From: an uncultured Acidobacteriota bacterium
Lineage (GTDB): Bacteria > Acidobacteriota > Thermoanaerobaculia > Multivoradales > JAGPDF01
Length of the DNA stretch: 64,000 nt
NCBI GenBank assembly: GCA_963781755.1
Contig: CAWAGZ010000008.1
Coordinates: forward strand, 16,153 to 80,152
Direction of reading: 5' to 3'
Of the stretch, positions 19,202 through 28,207 are shown piece after piece; within the stretch, counting starts at the first letter, position 1, and each line of letters starts with the position of its first letter. A model generated the notes under the pieces. The model was not told the origin of the DNA and ran no database searches. It saw only the letters and a program-made list of their open reading frames with translations. The position numbers and the translations under genes were made by a program.

Positions 19202-19945
19202 GTGACGCCCTCGTCGGCGCGGCTCGCCGGCAAGCTCGCCCTGGTCACCGGCGGCGTGCGCGGCATCGGACGGGCCACCGCCGAGCGGTTCCTCGCCGCG
19301 GGCGCGCGGGTTGCGGTCTGGGACGTGGAGCCGGGGGAGGCCGACTCGTGGCCGGAGCCGCGGCCGGAGGTCGCGCGGGTGGACGTCGCGGATCCCGCTT
19401 CGGTGGCCGCGGCGGCAGCCCGGCTCGAGGAGGACTTCGGAGGGATCGACGTCCTGGTCAACAACGCCGGGATCAACCTGGCGCGGTCGCCGGCGCTCGG
19501 CGACGTCCGCGAGGACGAATGGAGGCGGGTCCTCGACGTCAATCTCTCGGGCACCCTCCACGTCACTCAGGCCGTGCTGCCGCTGATGCTCAGGCGGGGC
19601 GGAGGGCGGATCATCAACTTCTCCTCGGTGCTGGCGCTCGCGGGCTTTCCCGGCCAGACCGCTTATGCGGCGAGCAAGGCGGGGATCCTGGGACTGACCC
19701 GGGTCTGGGCGCGGGAGCTGGGGCCGCGGGGGATCACGGTGAACTGCCTGGTCCCCGGCTACATCGAGACCGCGATGAACAACGCGGCGGCGGTGGAGTT
19801 TCGCCGTGCCGTCGTGGCGCGCACGGCACTGCGCCGCCTCGGAACACCCGACGACGTCGCCCGCGTCTGCCTGTTCCTCGCCTCCGAGGACGCCGCGTTC
19901 GTCACCGGAACCGCGATTCCGGTCGACGGCGGCCTCGCGACCTGA
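19202..19945 (+). CDS. SDR family oxidoreductase (FabG/3-oxoacyl reductase-like)
   Basis: LVTGGVRGIG, NNAG, YAASKAG motifs; 4-nt gap after the preceding SDR. Confidence 0.8.
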   Translation: MTPSSARLAGKLALVTGGVRGIGRATAERFLAAGARVAVWDVEPGEADSWPEPRPEVARVDVADPASVAAAAARLEEDFGGIDVLVNNAGINLARSPALGDVREDEWRRVLDVNLSGTLHVTQAVLPLMLRRGGGRIINFSSVLALAGFPGQTAYAASKAGILGLTRVWARELGPRGITVNCLVPGYIETAMNNAAAVEFRRAVVARTALRRLGTPDDVARVCLFLASEDAAFVTGTAIPVDGGLAT

Positions 19946-20016
19946 GCCCGGCAGGGCAGCACCCCTCGGCGGCGAGGGCGCCGGGGTTTCTCGGAACGAC
20001 GCCGCGCGGACCGTCT

Positions 20017-22434
20017 TCAGGTGAGCGCGGCCACGGCCTCCGCTTCCGACTCGACCGAGACCGAGGCGGGCGGCGAGCCGAACAGTGCGCTCAGGAAGGC
20101 GTCCCAGCCCCGGTTCTCGGCGCTCCGGCGGGCGGCGCGGCCGAGCACGTGCCGCAACGTGTCGTCGTGCAGCAGCCGCGAGAGGGCGGCGGCCAGGGGC
20201 GCCGCCGCGGCCGCGTCCACCACCAGGCCCTCGCACCCGTCCTCGATCTGCTCGGCCGGCCCCCCCTCGCGGGCGACCACCACCGGCAACCCCGAGGCCA
20301 TGGCCTCGAGCACGGCGTTGCCGAAGGTCTCCGTGCGGCTGGGGAAGACGAACAGGTCGGCGGAGGCGTAGGCGGTCGCCAGCGCGTCGCCGCCGCGCAC
20401 GCCCGCGAAGGTCACCCCCGGACCCGACCGGCGCTCGAGGCCGTCGCGCGCGGGTCCGTCGCCCACCAACACCAGGCGCGCGCCGGGGTGGCTCTCGCGC
20501 GCCCGGGCGAAGGCGTCGAGCAGGACCTCGAGGTTCTTCTCGGGCGCCAGCCGGCCGACGTAGAGAGCGACCGGGCCGCCCTCGACGCCGAGCCCCGGGA
20601 AGTAGTCGCGCCTCCGGCGGTCGGGGTGGAAGCGGTCGGTGTCGACGCCGCGCGGCAGGTGCGCGAGGCGGCCCGGCTCGACGCCGAGCTCGAGCAGCTG
20701 CGCCCGCGAGCTGGCCGAGGAGACCCAGACCCGGTCCATCTGGCCATAGAACCACTTCAGGTAGCCGGCGGCGAAGCCGGCCAGCTTGACGCCGCCGCCC
20801 AGGGCGGCGACGTAGCGCGGGAAGTCGGTGTGGTGGATGCCCACCGCCGGCAGGTCCAGGAGTCGCGCGGCCGCCAGCGCGGCCAAGCCCACCGGTCCGG
20901 GGGTCGACACGACGATCTCGCCGATCTGCTCGCGCTCGACCCACTCGACCACCTCGAGCAGTGGCGGGAAGCTCAGGACGAGCTCCTCGTAGCGCGGCAC
21001 CGGCATCTGCCAGATCGGCGGGAAGTTCTCGAGCTCGAAGTCGGTGCGCGGTGTCGCTGGCAGGCAGGTGAGCACCGTCACCGGGAAGTCGCGCCGGCGG
21101 GCGAGCCCGGCCGCGGTCGCCACCGTGCGCGCGACGCCGTTGACATCGACCAGGGTGTCGGTGGCCCAGACCCGGCGCGGGCTCTTGGCGCGCAACGGCG
21201 CGAGCTCGGGGAAGGCGTCGGCCACCTCGCGGTGGAACGGCTCGTCCTTGTGCTGGAAGCGGAACGCCGCGAGATAGGGCGACGCGGCGACCAGCCCCGT
21301 GGCCAGCGTCGAGAGCGCCGGGAGCGCTGACAGCGGCCGCCCCGCTTCGAGCGCGGCGGCGCCGGCGTCGAGCGAGCGGGCGAGGGCCCGTTGCGCCAGC
21401 CGGGCCGAGCCCTCGAACACCGCCCTCTCCTCCTCCCGGGCCAGCGTGGGCTCCGCGGCCCGCCGCGTGCGAGCGACGATCGCGGCCAGCGGGCGCGGCG
21501 GACCGAAGCTGGGCAGGAAGGCGGCGAGAGCGCGCAGCGACTGGCTCCAGGCGCTGCCCTCCGGGTTGCGTGGATCGATCTCGCCCGCGGCCATTCGCCG
21601 CAGCAGAGCGGCGATCGGGTCGTTGCGCCAGCGCGAGCCGGCGAGAACCTTCTGACGGTAGTAGTCGTGCGCCAGCGCCTGGAAGGCGCGGGCGAGCTTG
21701 AGCGAGGAACCCACCTCGCCGCCCGGGGCGTGGTCGCCGGCGGCCAGACGCGCGAGGTACTCGGAAACCGTGGCGGCCGGCGGCGTCTCGGTCCAGGTCG
21801 TGCCGACGTAGAGGCCGCAGTGGTCGTCGCTGCCGCCGACGAAGCGCTTGATCCACGGCTCCGGTCCCGACGGCTCGAGGCCGTGGCGGTCGGCGAGCTC
21901 GGCGATGCGCAGCGGCGTCAGGGCGTCGACCACCGCGGAGAACAGGGTCGTGGCGCGCGGGTCCCGCGTGCCGTTGACCAGCTCGAAGGTGCGGAACAGG
22001 AGCAGGCAGCGCTCGAGCTGGCCCAGAGTGAGCCGGTCGTCGACGCGGAAGAGCGGGTGGGCCAGAGCGTGCGCGATGCCGCGCTCGCACAGGTAGGCGA
22101 CGAGCGCGTAGAGGTCGCGGCGCAGATCCTGGGTCTCGCGGTGCTCGGCTTCGGTGATTCCCCAGACCAGAACGTGGACCTCGGTCCCATCCTCGGGAAA
22201 CGCGGCGGTGATCTCGCACGACAGGAAGGTGCCGGGCAGGTGCGCGATCTCGAGACCGCCGTCGATCGAATCGTGATCAGTGACGGTGACGAAGTCCATG
22301 CCGCGAGCGCGCGCGATGCGCACGATGTCGAGTGTCTCGGTGAAGCTCTCGGGCGCTCCGATGCGCTCCAGGTACCACTCGCTGGGTCGGTCGGAGCGGC
22401 GGCTGTGGACATGCAGGTCGCAGCGGCTCGGCAT
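20017..22434 (-). CDS. fusion protein: N-terminal PHP (polymerase/histidinol-phosphatase-type metal-dependent phosphoesterase) domain, ~300-aa central region of unknown function, C-terminal GT4 (group 1) glycosyltransferase
   Basis: N-term MPSRCDLHVHSRRSD...VTVTDHDSIDG (PHP His/Asp metal ligands). C-term EX7E-type GT4 motif (FPSRTETFGNAVLEAMASGLPVVV). 805 aa. Confidence 0.8.
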   Translation of the reverse strand: MPSRCDLHVHSRRSDRPSEWYLERIGAPESFTETLDIVRIARARGMDFVTVTDHDSIDGGLEIAHLPGTFLSCEITAAFPEDGTEVHVLVWGITEAEHRETQDLRRDLYALVAYLCERGIAHALAHPLFRVDDRLTLGQLERCLLLFRTFELVNGTRDPRATTLFSAVVDALTPLRIAELADRHGLEPSGPEPWIKRFVGGSDDHCGLYVGTTWTETPPAATVSEYLARLAAGDHAPGGEVGSSLKLARAFQALAHDYYRQKVLAGSRWRNDPIAALLRRMAAGEIDPRNPEGSAWSQSLRALAAFLPSFGPPRPLAAIVARTRRAAEPTLAREEERAVFEGSARLAQRALARSLDAGAAALEAGRPLSALPALSTLATGLVAASPYLAAFRFQHKDEPFHREVADAFPELAPLRAKSPRRVWATDTLVDVNGVARTVATAAGLARRRDFPVTVLTCLPATPRTDFELENFPPIWQMPVPRYEELVLSFPPLLEVVEWVEREQIGEIVVSTPGPVGLAALAAARLLDLPAVGIHHTDFPRYVAALGGGVKLAGFAAGYLKWFYGQMDRVWVSSASSRAQLLELGVEPGRLAHLPRGVDTDRFHPDRRRRDYFPGLGVEGGPVALYVGRLAPEKNLEVLLDAFARARESHPGARLVLVGDGPARDGLERRSGPGVTFAGVRGGDALATAYASADLFVFPSRTETFGNAVLEAMASGLPVVVAREGGPAEQIEDGCEGLVVDAAAAAPLAAALSRLLHDDTLRHVLGRAARRSAENRGWDAFLSALFGSPPASVSVESEAEAVAALT

Positions 22435-22659
22435 CGGTCTCGTCTCCTCGCGGCAGCGGGCCGGAGCCCGGACGGTTCTTCCCGGCGAGCGGCGGACAGC
22501 TGGCCTCCACGCCGGGCCGGGAACACGCTAGGCGCCCGGTGCGGCGGCGGCGTCACCGACGCGCGGCGCCGGGGCGACGTTCGCGAGCTGGCGCGTACCG
22601 TCACCGGCTCGTCGATGCGCCGCCACCGCCCGGTCGGCACCGGGCGATAGAACGCGTCC

Positions 22660-24130
22660 ATGGAGACTCCGACCGCGGTACTCGAGCTCGGCCCTCTGCG
22701 CTGCCTGTCCCTGAATCTGCGACGGCTCGAGAGGTGGCTTTCGGCGCGCGGCGCTGCGCGGCGTCCTCGCACTGTCGGGCGGCGCGGTCCGCGTCGAGGG
22801 CGCGGACCGGCTCGCGGCGGCGCCGGAGCCGTCGATCTTCGCCCTGACCCACCACAACGTCTGGGAGGCGCTGCTCGCGCCCGCGGCGTTGATGGCGGCG
22901 CGCCGCGGCCGCCCGGTCCGGTTCCTCATCGACTGGATGTTCGTCGACCTGCCGTGGACTGGGTGGCTCCTGCGTCGCTTCGCGCCGATACCGGTCTACG
23001 CCAAGCCCGCACGCTTCCGGCTACGCGAGCGCCATCGCCGCGAGCGGCGGCGCGATTCGGCGTTCGACGCCGCGGTGGCGGCGCTCGGCGAGGGTCAGGA
23101 CGTCGGCCTCTATCCGGAGGGACGGCGCAATCCGGATCCCTGGTTGCTCGGCGCGCCGCGCCGCGGCCTGGCGCGCCTGGCGTTGCGCGCGGGCGCGCCG
23201 GTCGTGCCGATCGGCATCGACTTTCCCGCCCGCGACCGGCTCCAGCGCACCCCCCGAGCCGGCCGTCTCGTGCTGCGCGTCGGCGAGCCGCTTTCGTTCG
23301 GGGCGGAGCACGCGGCCTGGCGGGACGCGCCTTCGGGAGGAGAGCGGCGCCGGGTCGAGAAGCGGCTGGGGCCCGAGATCGCCGACCGGGTCCACGAAGA
23401 GCTGGCGCGCCTCGCGCGCAAGGTCTACGTCCGCAGAAGCCGGCCGGAGAAGGAGGCCACGGTGGCGGGGGCGGCGATCGAGAGCGGGCTGTCGGTGGCG
23501 AAGGTCCTGGATCCGGCGATGCGCGAGGCCGCGCTGGGCGTGATCGCGGAGGTCTACGGCGAGGAGAAGCGCTGGCTGGCGGACGCGGCGCCGGAGATCC
23601 CGGTCGATCCGACGGCGGACTCCAGAGTCAGCTGGTTCCTCGCCCGTTCGGCGGGCGAGCCGGTGGGCGTCGTGCGCCTGTCCTACGATCCGCCGCTCGA
23701 GCTGCCGCGGGACTTCGAAGTCGAGATCGACTCCGGGATCGATCTCGAGCGGCTGGCCGCGGGCGGCCGGTTCGTCGAGGTCGGCAGGCTCATGATCCGC
23801 TCGAGCTGGCGCTCGCGTCCGGCGGCCGTCCTGGCGCTGATGCGGTCGGCGCTCGCCGAGGTCGTCGGGCGGGGCTACACCCACCTGTTCACGGCGGTGT
23901 TCGAGGACGACCCGCATTCGCCCTATCGATTTCACACCCGTCAATTGGGTTTCGAGCGCGTCGGCACCCATCGCCACGGCGAGTTGGAATGCGAGAGCCG
24001 CAGGATCCTGCTCGTGCTCGACCTGGCGCGCGCCTGGCGCCGTCTGAGGGCGCGCCGGGCGGCAGTGGTCGGTCACCTGGCGCGCGGTCTCGAGGAGCGA
24101 CTCGAAGGGCTCGCGGTCGCTTCATCGTGA
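22660..24130 (+). CDS. bifunctional acyltransferase (N-terminal PlsC/LPLAT-like O-acyltransferase with HHNVWE box, C-terminal GNAT/OlsB-like N-acyltransferase; OlsF-like). N-terminus unresolved (apparent frameshift or non-canonical start).
   Basis: ORF track calls 22889..24130 (TTG start). The LPLAT domain (LRGVLALSGGAVRVEGADRLAAAPEPSIFALTHHNVWEALL, then EGRRNPD, PVVPIGI) continues upstream in the same frame to ~22715 with no ATG/GTG/TTG. An ATG at 22660 opens a different frame (METPTAVLELGPLRCLSLNLRRLERWLS) that would join with a 1-nt indel near 22740. C-terminal domain carries an OlsB-like VGVVRLSY box. Confidence 0.65.
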
Positions 24131-24206
24131 CGCCGCCGACGCGCCGAGTTGACGCCCGAGGCGCAAGCTCTGGACGCGGCGGAGAAGCGTCCGGAGGCCG
24201 GCGACC

Positions 24207-24743
24207 ATGAACCTCGACACCAGAACCCTCGGACCCCGGCTGCAGGAGCTGGAGGTCGGGCTCTGCCAGCGCGCCGTCCGCATCCAGGAGCGCCGCGCGG
24301 TCCTGGCTTTCTTCCGCACGGTCTCGCGCCTCGGCGACGGCGGGCTCTGGATCGCGTTGGCGGGTTTGCTGGCGGTCGTCGGCGGCGAGCGGACGCTGGC
24401 GACGGTGGCGCGGATGGCGGCGGTCGGCCTGGCTTCGACGGTCGCGAGCAAGCTGCTCAAGAGGTGGGCGTGCCGGCCGCGGCCGTGCACCGTCGCGGCG
24501 GGCATTGCGGCCGGCGCGGCGCCGCTCGATCCCTGGAGCTTCCCCTCGGGCCACACCCTCCACGCGGTGGCCTTCACCGCGGTCGTGGGCGCCGAGCTGC
24601 CGACGCTCGCCCTGCTGCTGTTGCCGTTCACCCTCGCCGTCGCCGCGTCGCGCGTCGTCCTCGGCCTGCACTATCCGAGCGACGTCGCGGCGGGCGCCGC
24701 GATCGGACTGGCTCTCGCCGGCGCGGTCCTGGCTTTCTCGTGA
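24207..24743 (+). CDS. PAP2 superfamily phosphatase (phosphatidic-acid / lipid-phosphate phosphatase type)
   Basis: All three PAP2 motifs: KLLKRWACRPRP (KxxxxxxRP), PSGHT, SRVVLGLHYPSDV (SRxxxxxHxxxD). Membrane protein, 178 aa. Confidence 0.85.
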   Translation: MNLDTRTLGPRLQELEVGLCQRAVRIQERRAVLAFFRTVSRLGDGGLWIALAGLLAVVGGERTLATVARMAAVGLASTVASKLLKRWACRPRPCTVAAGIAAGAAPLDPWSFPSGHTLHAVAFTAVVGAELPTLALLLLPFTLAVAASRVVLGLHYPSDVAAGAAIGLALAGAVLAFS

Positions 24744-25981
24744 ACCCGCGCGTCCTCTTCCTCTCCGACGTCTACTTCCCGCGCGTCAACGGCGTCTCGA
24801 CGTCGATCGGTGTCTTCCGCCGCGAGCTGGCGGCCCACGGCGTCGAGGTCGAGCTGATCGCGCCGGCCTACGGCCGTACCGCCGGTGATGGAGAGGAGGC
24901 GGGGATCACGCGGGTGCCGGGGCGGAGCTTGCCGTTCGACCCCGAGGACCGGCTGGTCGCGGCGCGGCGCATGACCCGGGCGGCCGCGGCCCTGGAGTTC
25001 GACCTGGTCCACGTCCAGACCCCTTTCGCGGCCCACCGCGCGGGAGTCCACCTGGCCCGGCTCCGGCGGGTGCCGTTGGTCGAGACCTGGCACACCGACT
25101 TCGAGCACTACTTCGAGCACTACGTGCGCTGGGTCCCGGCGCCGCTCGCCCGCGCGCTGGCGCGGACCCTGGCGCGCCGCGTCGCCCGGCGGGTGGACCT
25201 GCTCGTCGTGCCCTCGGCGGCGATCGACCGCGCCCTGGCCGCGATCGGCGTCGCGACCCCGCGCGCCGTGATCCCGACCGGGCTCGCTCCGGGCGAGCTC
25301 GGCGCGGGGGACGGCGCGCGCTTCCGCGCCGCCCACGGCATCCCGGCCGACCGCAAGGTGGCGGTCCACGTCGGCCGCGTCGCGCGCGAGAAGAACATCG
25401 GCTTCCTGCTCGAGGCCGCAGACCGGGCGCGCCGCGAGATCCCCGACCTCTTGCTGGTCGTCGCCGGCGAGGGACCGGCGCGCAGCGAGCTCGAGCGGCG
25501 CGCCCGGGAGCTCGGGCTGGGATCGAACGTCTTGTTCGTCGGTTACCTCGGTCGTTGCGGCGAGCTCGCCGACTGCTATTGCGCCGGCGACTGCTTCGTC
25601 TTCGCCTCGCGGACCGAGACCCAGGGCCTCGTGCTGCTCGAGGCGATGTCGCTCGGGGTACCGGTCGTGGCGCTCGCCGAGCAGGGGACGGTGGACCTGC
25701 TCGTGGCGCGGCGCGGCGCCCTGGTGCCGGCAGCGGAGCCCGGCGACTTCGCCGCCGCGATCGTCCGCCTGCTGCGTGACCCCGCGCTCGCCTCCCGCCT
25801 CGGGCGCGAGGGACGCGAGGTCGCGGCGGAGTGGTCGGCGCCGGCGCTCGCCGGCCGTCTGGCGGCCCGCTACCGGGAGCTGCTCCCGGCACCGCTAGGG
25901 GCCGGAGAGGGTGTGGTGGGCGCGCCGGGCGCCGCGGTGGCAGGCGAGCTCCGTCACGTCGCCGTCACCGCCCGGGACTAG
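24740..25981 (+). CDS. GT4 (group 1) glycosyltransferase
   Basis: GTG start at ~24740 overlapping the PAP2 stop (GTGA). VNPRVLFLSDVYFPRVNGV N-terminal GT-B fold; EX7E-like FASRTETQGLVLLEAMSLGVPVVA. The long ORF-track N-terminal extension (from 24149) overlaps PAP2 and is rejected. Confidence 0.85.
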   Translation: MNPRVLFLSDVYFPRVNGVSTSIGVFRRELAAHGVEVELIAPAYGRTAGDGEEAGITRVPGRSLPFDPEDRLVAARRMTRAAAALEFDLVHVQTPFAAHRAGVHLARLRRVPLVETWHTDFEHYFEHYVRWVPAPLARALARTLARRVARRVDLLVVPSAAIDRALAAIGVATPRAVIPTGLAPGELGAGDGARFRAAHGIPADRKVAVHVGRVAREKNIGFLLEAADRARREIPDLLLVVAGEGPARSELERRARELGLGSNVLFVGYLGRCGELADCYCAGDCFVFASRTETQGLVLLEAMSLGVPVVALAEQGTVDLLVARRGALVPAAEPGDFAAAIVRLLRDPALASRLGREGREVAAEWSAPALAGRLAARYRELLPAPLGAGEGVVGAPGAAVAGELRHVAVTARD

Positions 25982-25993
25982 ACTCCGGAGGCG

Positions 25994-28207
25994 ATGACGT
26001 CCGAGACGACGGCCCTCGGGGGCCCGGCCGGGGAAGTTGGAGCATCCGCCCGCGAGCCCGGCGGCGCCGCGGCGGACGGTGGTCCGGGGGCCGGCGCGGA
26101 ATCGCCGTTCTTCGACCGCGAGCTGTCCTGGCTCGAGTTCAACCGGCGCGTGCTCCACCAGGCCGAGGACGACTCCCTGCCGCTGCTCGAGCGGCTGAAG
26201 TTCGTCGCCATCTTCGGCGGCAACCTCGACGAGTTCTTCATGAAGCGGGTGGGGGGCCTCAAGCTGCAGCTGCTGTCCGGCCGTTCGACCCGGTCGCCGG
26301 AGGGCCGCACCCCGGCCGAGCAGCTCGACGCTGTCGCCGCGGCGGTGCGGCCGCTGGCCGACCGCGCCCGGGAGGTGCTGGTCGGCGACCTGCTCCCCCT
26401 GCTGCGGCAGCGGGGCGTCGAGCTGGTGAGCTGGCGCGAGCTGGGACCCGAGGAGCGTCGCTGGGCGCGCGATTACTTTCTGCGCACGGTCTTCCCCATC
26501 CTGACGCCTCTCGGTCTCGACACCTCGCACCCCTTCCCGTTCATCTCCAACCTGTCGCTGTCGCTGGCGGTCGCGATCCGCAGCCCGGCGTCGAGCGAGG
26601 TGCGGTTCGCGCGCGTCAAGGTCCCGCCGTCGCTGCCGCGCTGGGTCCAGCTGCCGGAGGGCAACCGGTTCCTGGCGCTCGAGGACCTCATCGCGCAGCA
26701 TCTGGAGAAGCTCTTCCCCGGTCTCGAGCTGCTCGAGACCTACGCCTTCCGGGTCACCCGGGCGGCCGACGTCGAGCGTCACGAGGAGCCGGCCGAGGAC
26801 CTGCTCGAGTCGATCCAGGAGGAGCTGCGCGAGCGCCGCTTCGCCGCGGTGGTGCGGCTGGAGGTGGTGCCCGAGATGCCGGCGTGGATGCGCGCCCTGC
26901 TCGCCGACGAGCTCGAGATCGAGGCCACCGATCTCTACGAGACCCGGCCGCCCCTGGCCGCCCGAGACCTGTTCCAGCTCGCCGCGTTGCCCGTGCCGGG
27001 TCTCGTCGAGCCGCCCTGGCAGTCGGTGACGCACCCGCGCCTGGCGCCGGGCGCCGACGGGCGCGAGCCCGACCTGTTCCGCGTCCTGCGCGGAGGGGAT
27101 CTCCTGGTCCACCATCCCTACGACTCGTTCACGAACTCCGTCCAGAGGTTCCTCCAGGTGGCGGCAGAGGACCCGGCGGTACTCGCCATCAAGCAGACCC
27201 TGTACCGGACCTCGCGCAGCTCGCCCGTGGTGCGGGCGCTGATCGAGGCGGCCGAGCGCGGCAAGCAGGTGGCCGTGCTCGTCGAGCTGCGGGCGAGCTT
27301 CGACGAGGCGCGCAACATCGAGTGGGCCGAGGCGCTGGAGCAGGCGGGAGCTCACGTGGCCTACGGCGTGGTCGGGTACAAGACGCACGCCAAGGTCTCG
27401 CTCGTGGTGCGTCAGGAGAGCGACGGACTGCGCGCCTACAGCCACTTGGCGACCGGCAACTACAACACCGACACGGCGGAGCTCTACACCGACATCGGGC
27501 TGTTCACCTGCGATCCGGAGATCGGCGACGACAACGCCCAGCTGTTCAATCTCCTGACCTCCGGCCACCTCGCGGACCAGAGCTTCTCGAAGATGCTGGT
27601 CGCGCCGGTCAACATGCGCCGCGGGATCCTCGAGCGCATCCAGCGCGAGATCGAGCACGTCCGGGCCGGCAGGGGCGGACGCATCCAGGCCAAGATGAAC
27701 GCCCTGGAGGACGCGGAGATCGTCCTCGCGCTCTACGACGCGTCGGCCGCCGGAGTCGAGATCGACCTGCTGGTGCGCGGCGTCTGCCGGCTGCGCCCTG
27801 GGCTGGCCGGGCGGAGCGAGAACGTCCGGGTGATCTCGATCGTGGGCCGCTTCCTCGAGCACGCGCGGATCACCTGCTTCGGCAACGGCGGCGAGCCCGA
27901 GTACTTCATCGGATCGGCGGACTGGATGTCGCGCAACCTCGATCGCCGGGTCGAGGCGATGGTTCCCGTCAACGCGCCGCCGCTGCGCCGCGAGCTGCAG
28001 GAGATCCTCGACCTCCAGCTGGCCGACAACCGCAACGCCTGGGAGCTCGGGCCGGACGGCTCCTGGCGGCGCAAGCTCCCGGCTCCGGGCGAGCCCGAGT
28101 GCGCCAGCCAGCGAGTCCTGATGGAGCGGTCGCGCGCCCGCGTCGCCCGCGTCGAACGCTTCCCGGCCCCTGGCGACGAAACGCCCGGCGGGTCGCCCGT
28201 GCGCTAG
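25994..28207 (+). CDS. ppk: polyphosphate kinase 1
   Basis: 737 aa; N-domain FFDRELSWLEFNRRVL, PLD-like HKD motifs (GYKTHAKVSLVV, …), full PPK1 architecture. Confidence 0.95.
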   Translation: MTSETTALGGPAGEVGASAREPGGAAADGGPGAGAESPFFDRELSWLEFNRRVLHQAEDDSLPLLERLKFVAIFGGNLDEFFMKRVGGLKLQLLSGRSTRSPEGRTPAEQLDAVAAAVRPLADRAREVLVGDLLPLLRQRGVELVSWRELGPEERRWARDYFLRTVFPILTPLGLDTSHPFPFISNLSLSLAVAIRSPASSEVRFARVKVPPSLPRWVQLPEGNRFLALEDLIAQHLEKLFPGLELLETYAFRVTRAADVERHEEPAEDLLESIQEELRERRFAAVVRLEVVPEMPAWMRALLADELEIEATDLYETRPPLAARDLFQLAALPVPGLVEPPWQSVTHPRLAPGADGREPDLFRVLRGGDLLVHHPYDSFTNSVQRFLQVAAEDPAVLAIKQTLYRTSRSSPVVRALIEAAERGKQVAVLVELRASFDEARNIEWAEALEQAGAHVAYGVVGYKTHAKVSLVVRQESDGLRAYSHLATGNYNTDTAELYTDIGLFTCDPEIGDDNAQLFNLLTSGHLADQSFSKMLVAPVNMRRGILERIQREIEHVRAGRGGRIQAKMNALEDAEIVLALYDASAAGVEIDLLVRGVCRLRPGLAGRSENVRVISIVGRFLEHARITCFGNGGEPEYFIGSADWMSRNLDRRVEAMVPVNAPPLRRELQEILDLQLADNRNAWELGPDGSWRRKLPAPGEPECASQRVLMERSRARVARVERFPAPGDETPGGSPVR

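Noticed and set aside
18815-22219. ORF 18815..22219 (-, 1134 aa) and the stacked ORFs 19348..21330, 20085..20789 and 21391..22650 (all +)
   Set aside because: Overlap the two SDR genes and the PHP::GT4 gene, which carry canonical motifs; these alternative frames are low complexity.
24149-25981. 610-aa ORF giving the GT4 a 200-aa N-terminal extension that overlaps PAP2
   Set aside because: The extension is out of frame with the PAP2 motifs and is Arg/Gly/Pro junk. The GT4 fold begins at a GTG at ~24740 that overlaps the PAP2 stop (GTGA), a standard coupling arrangement.
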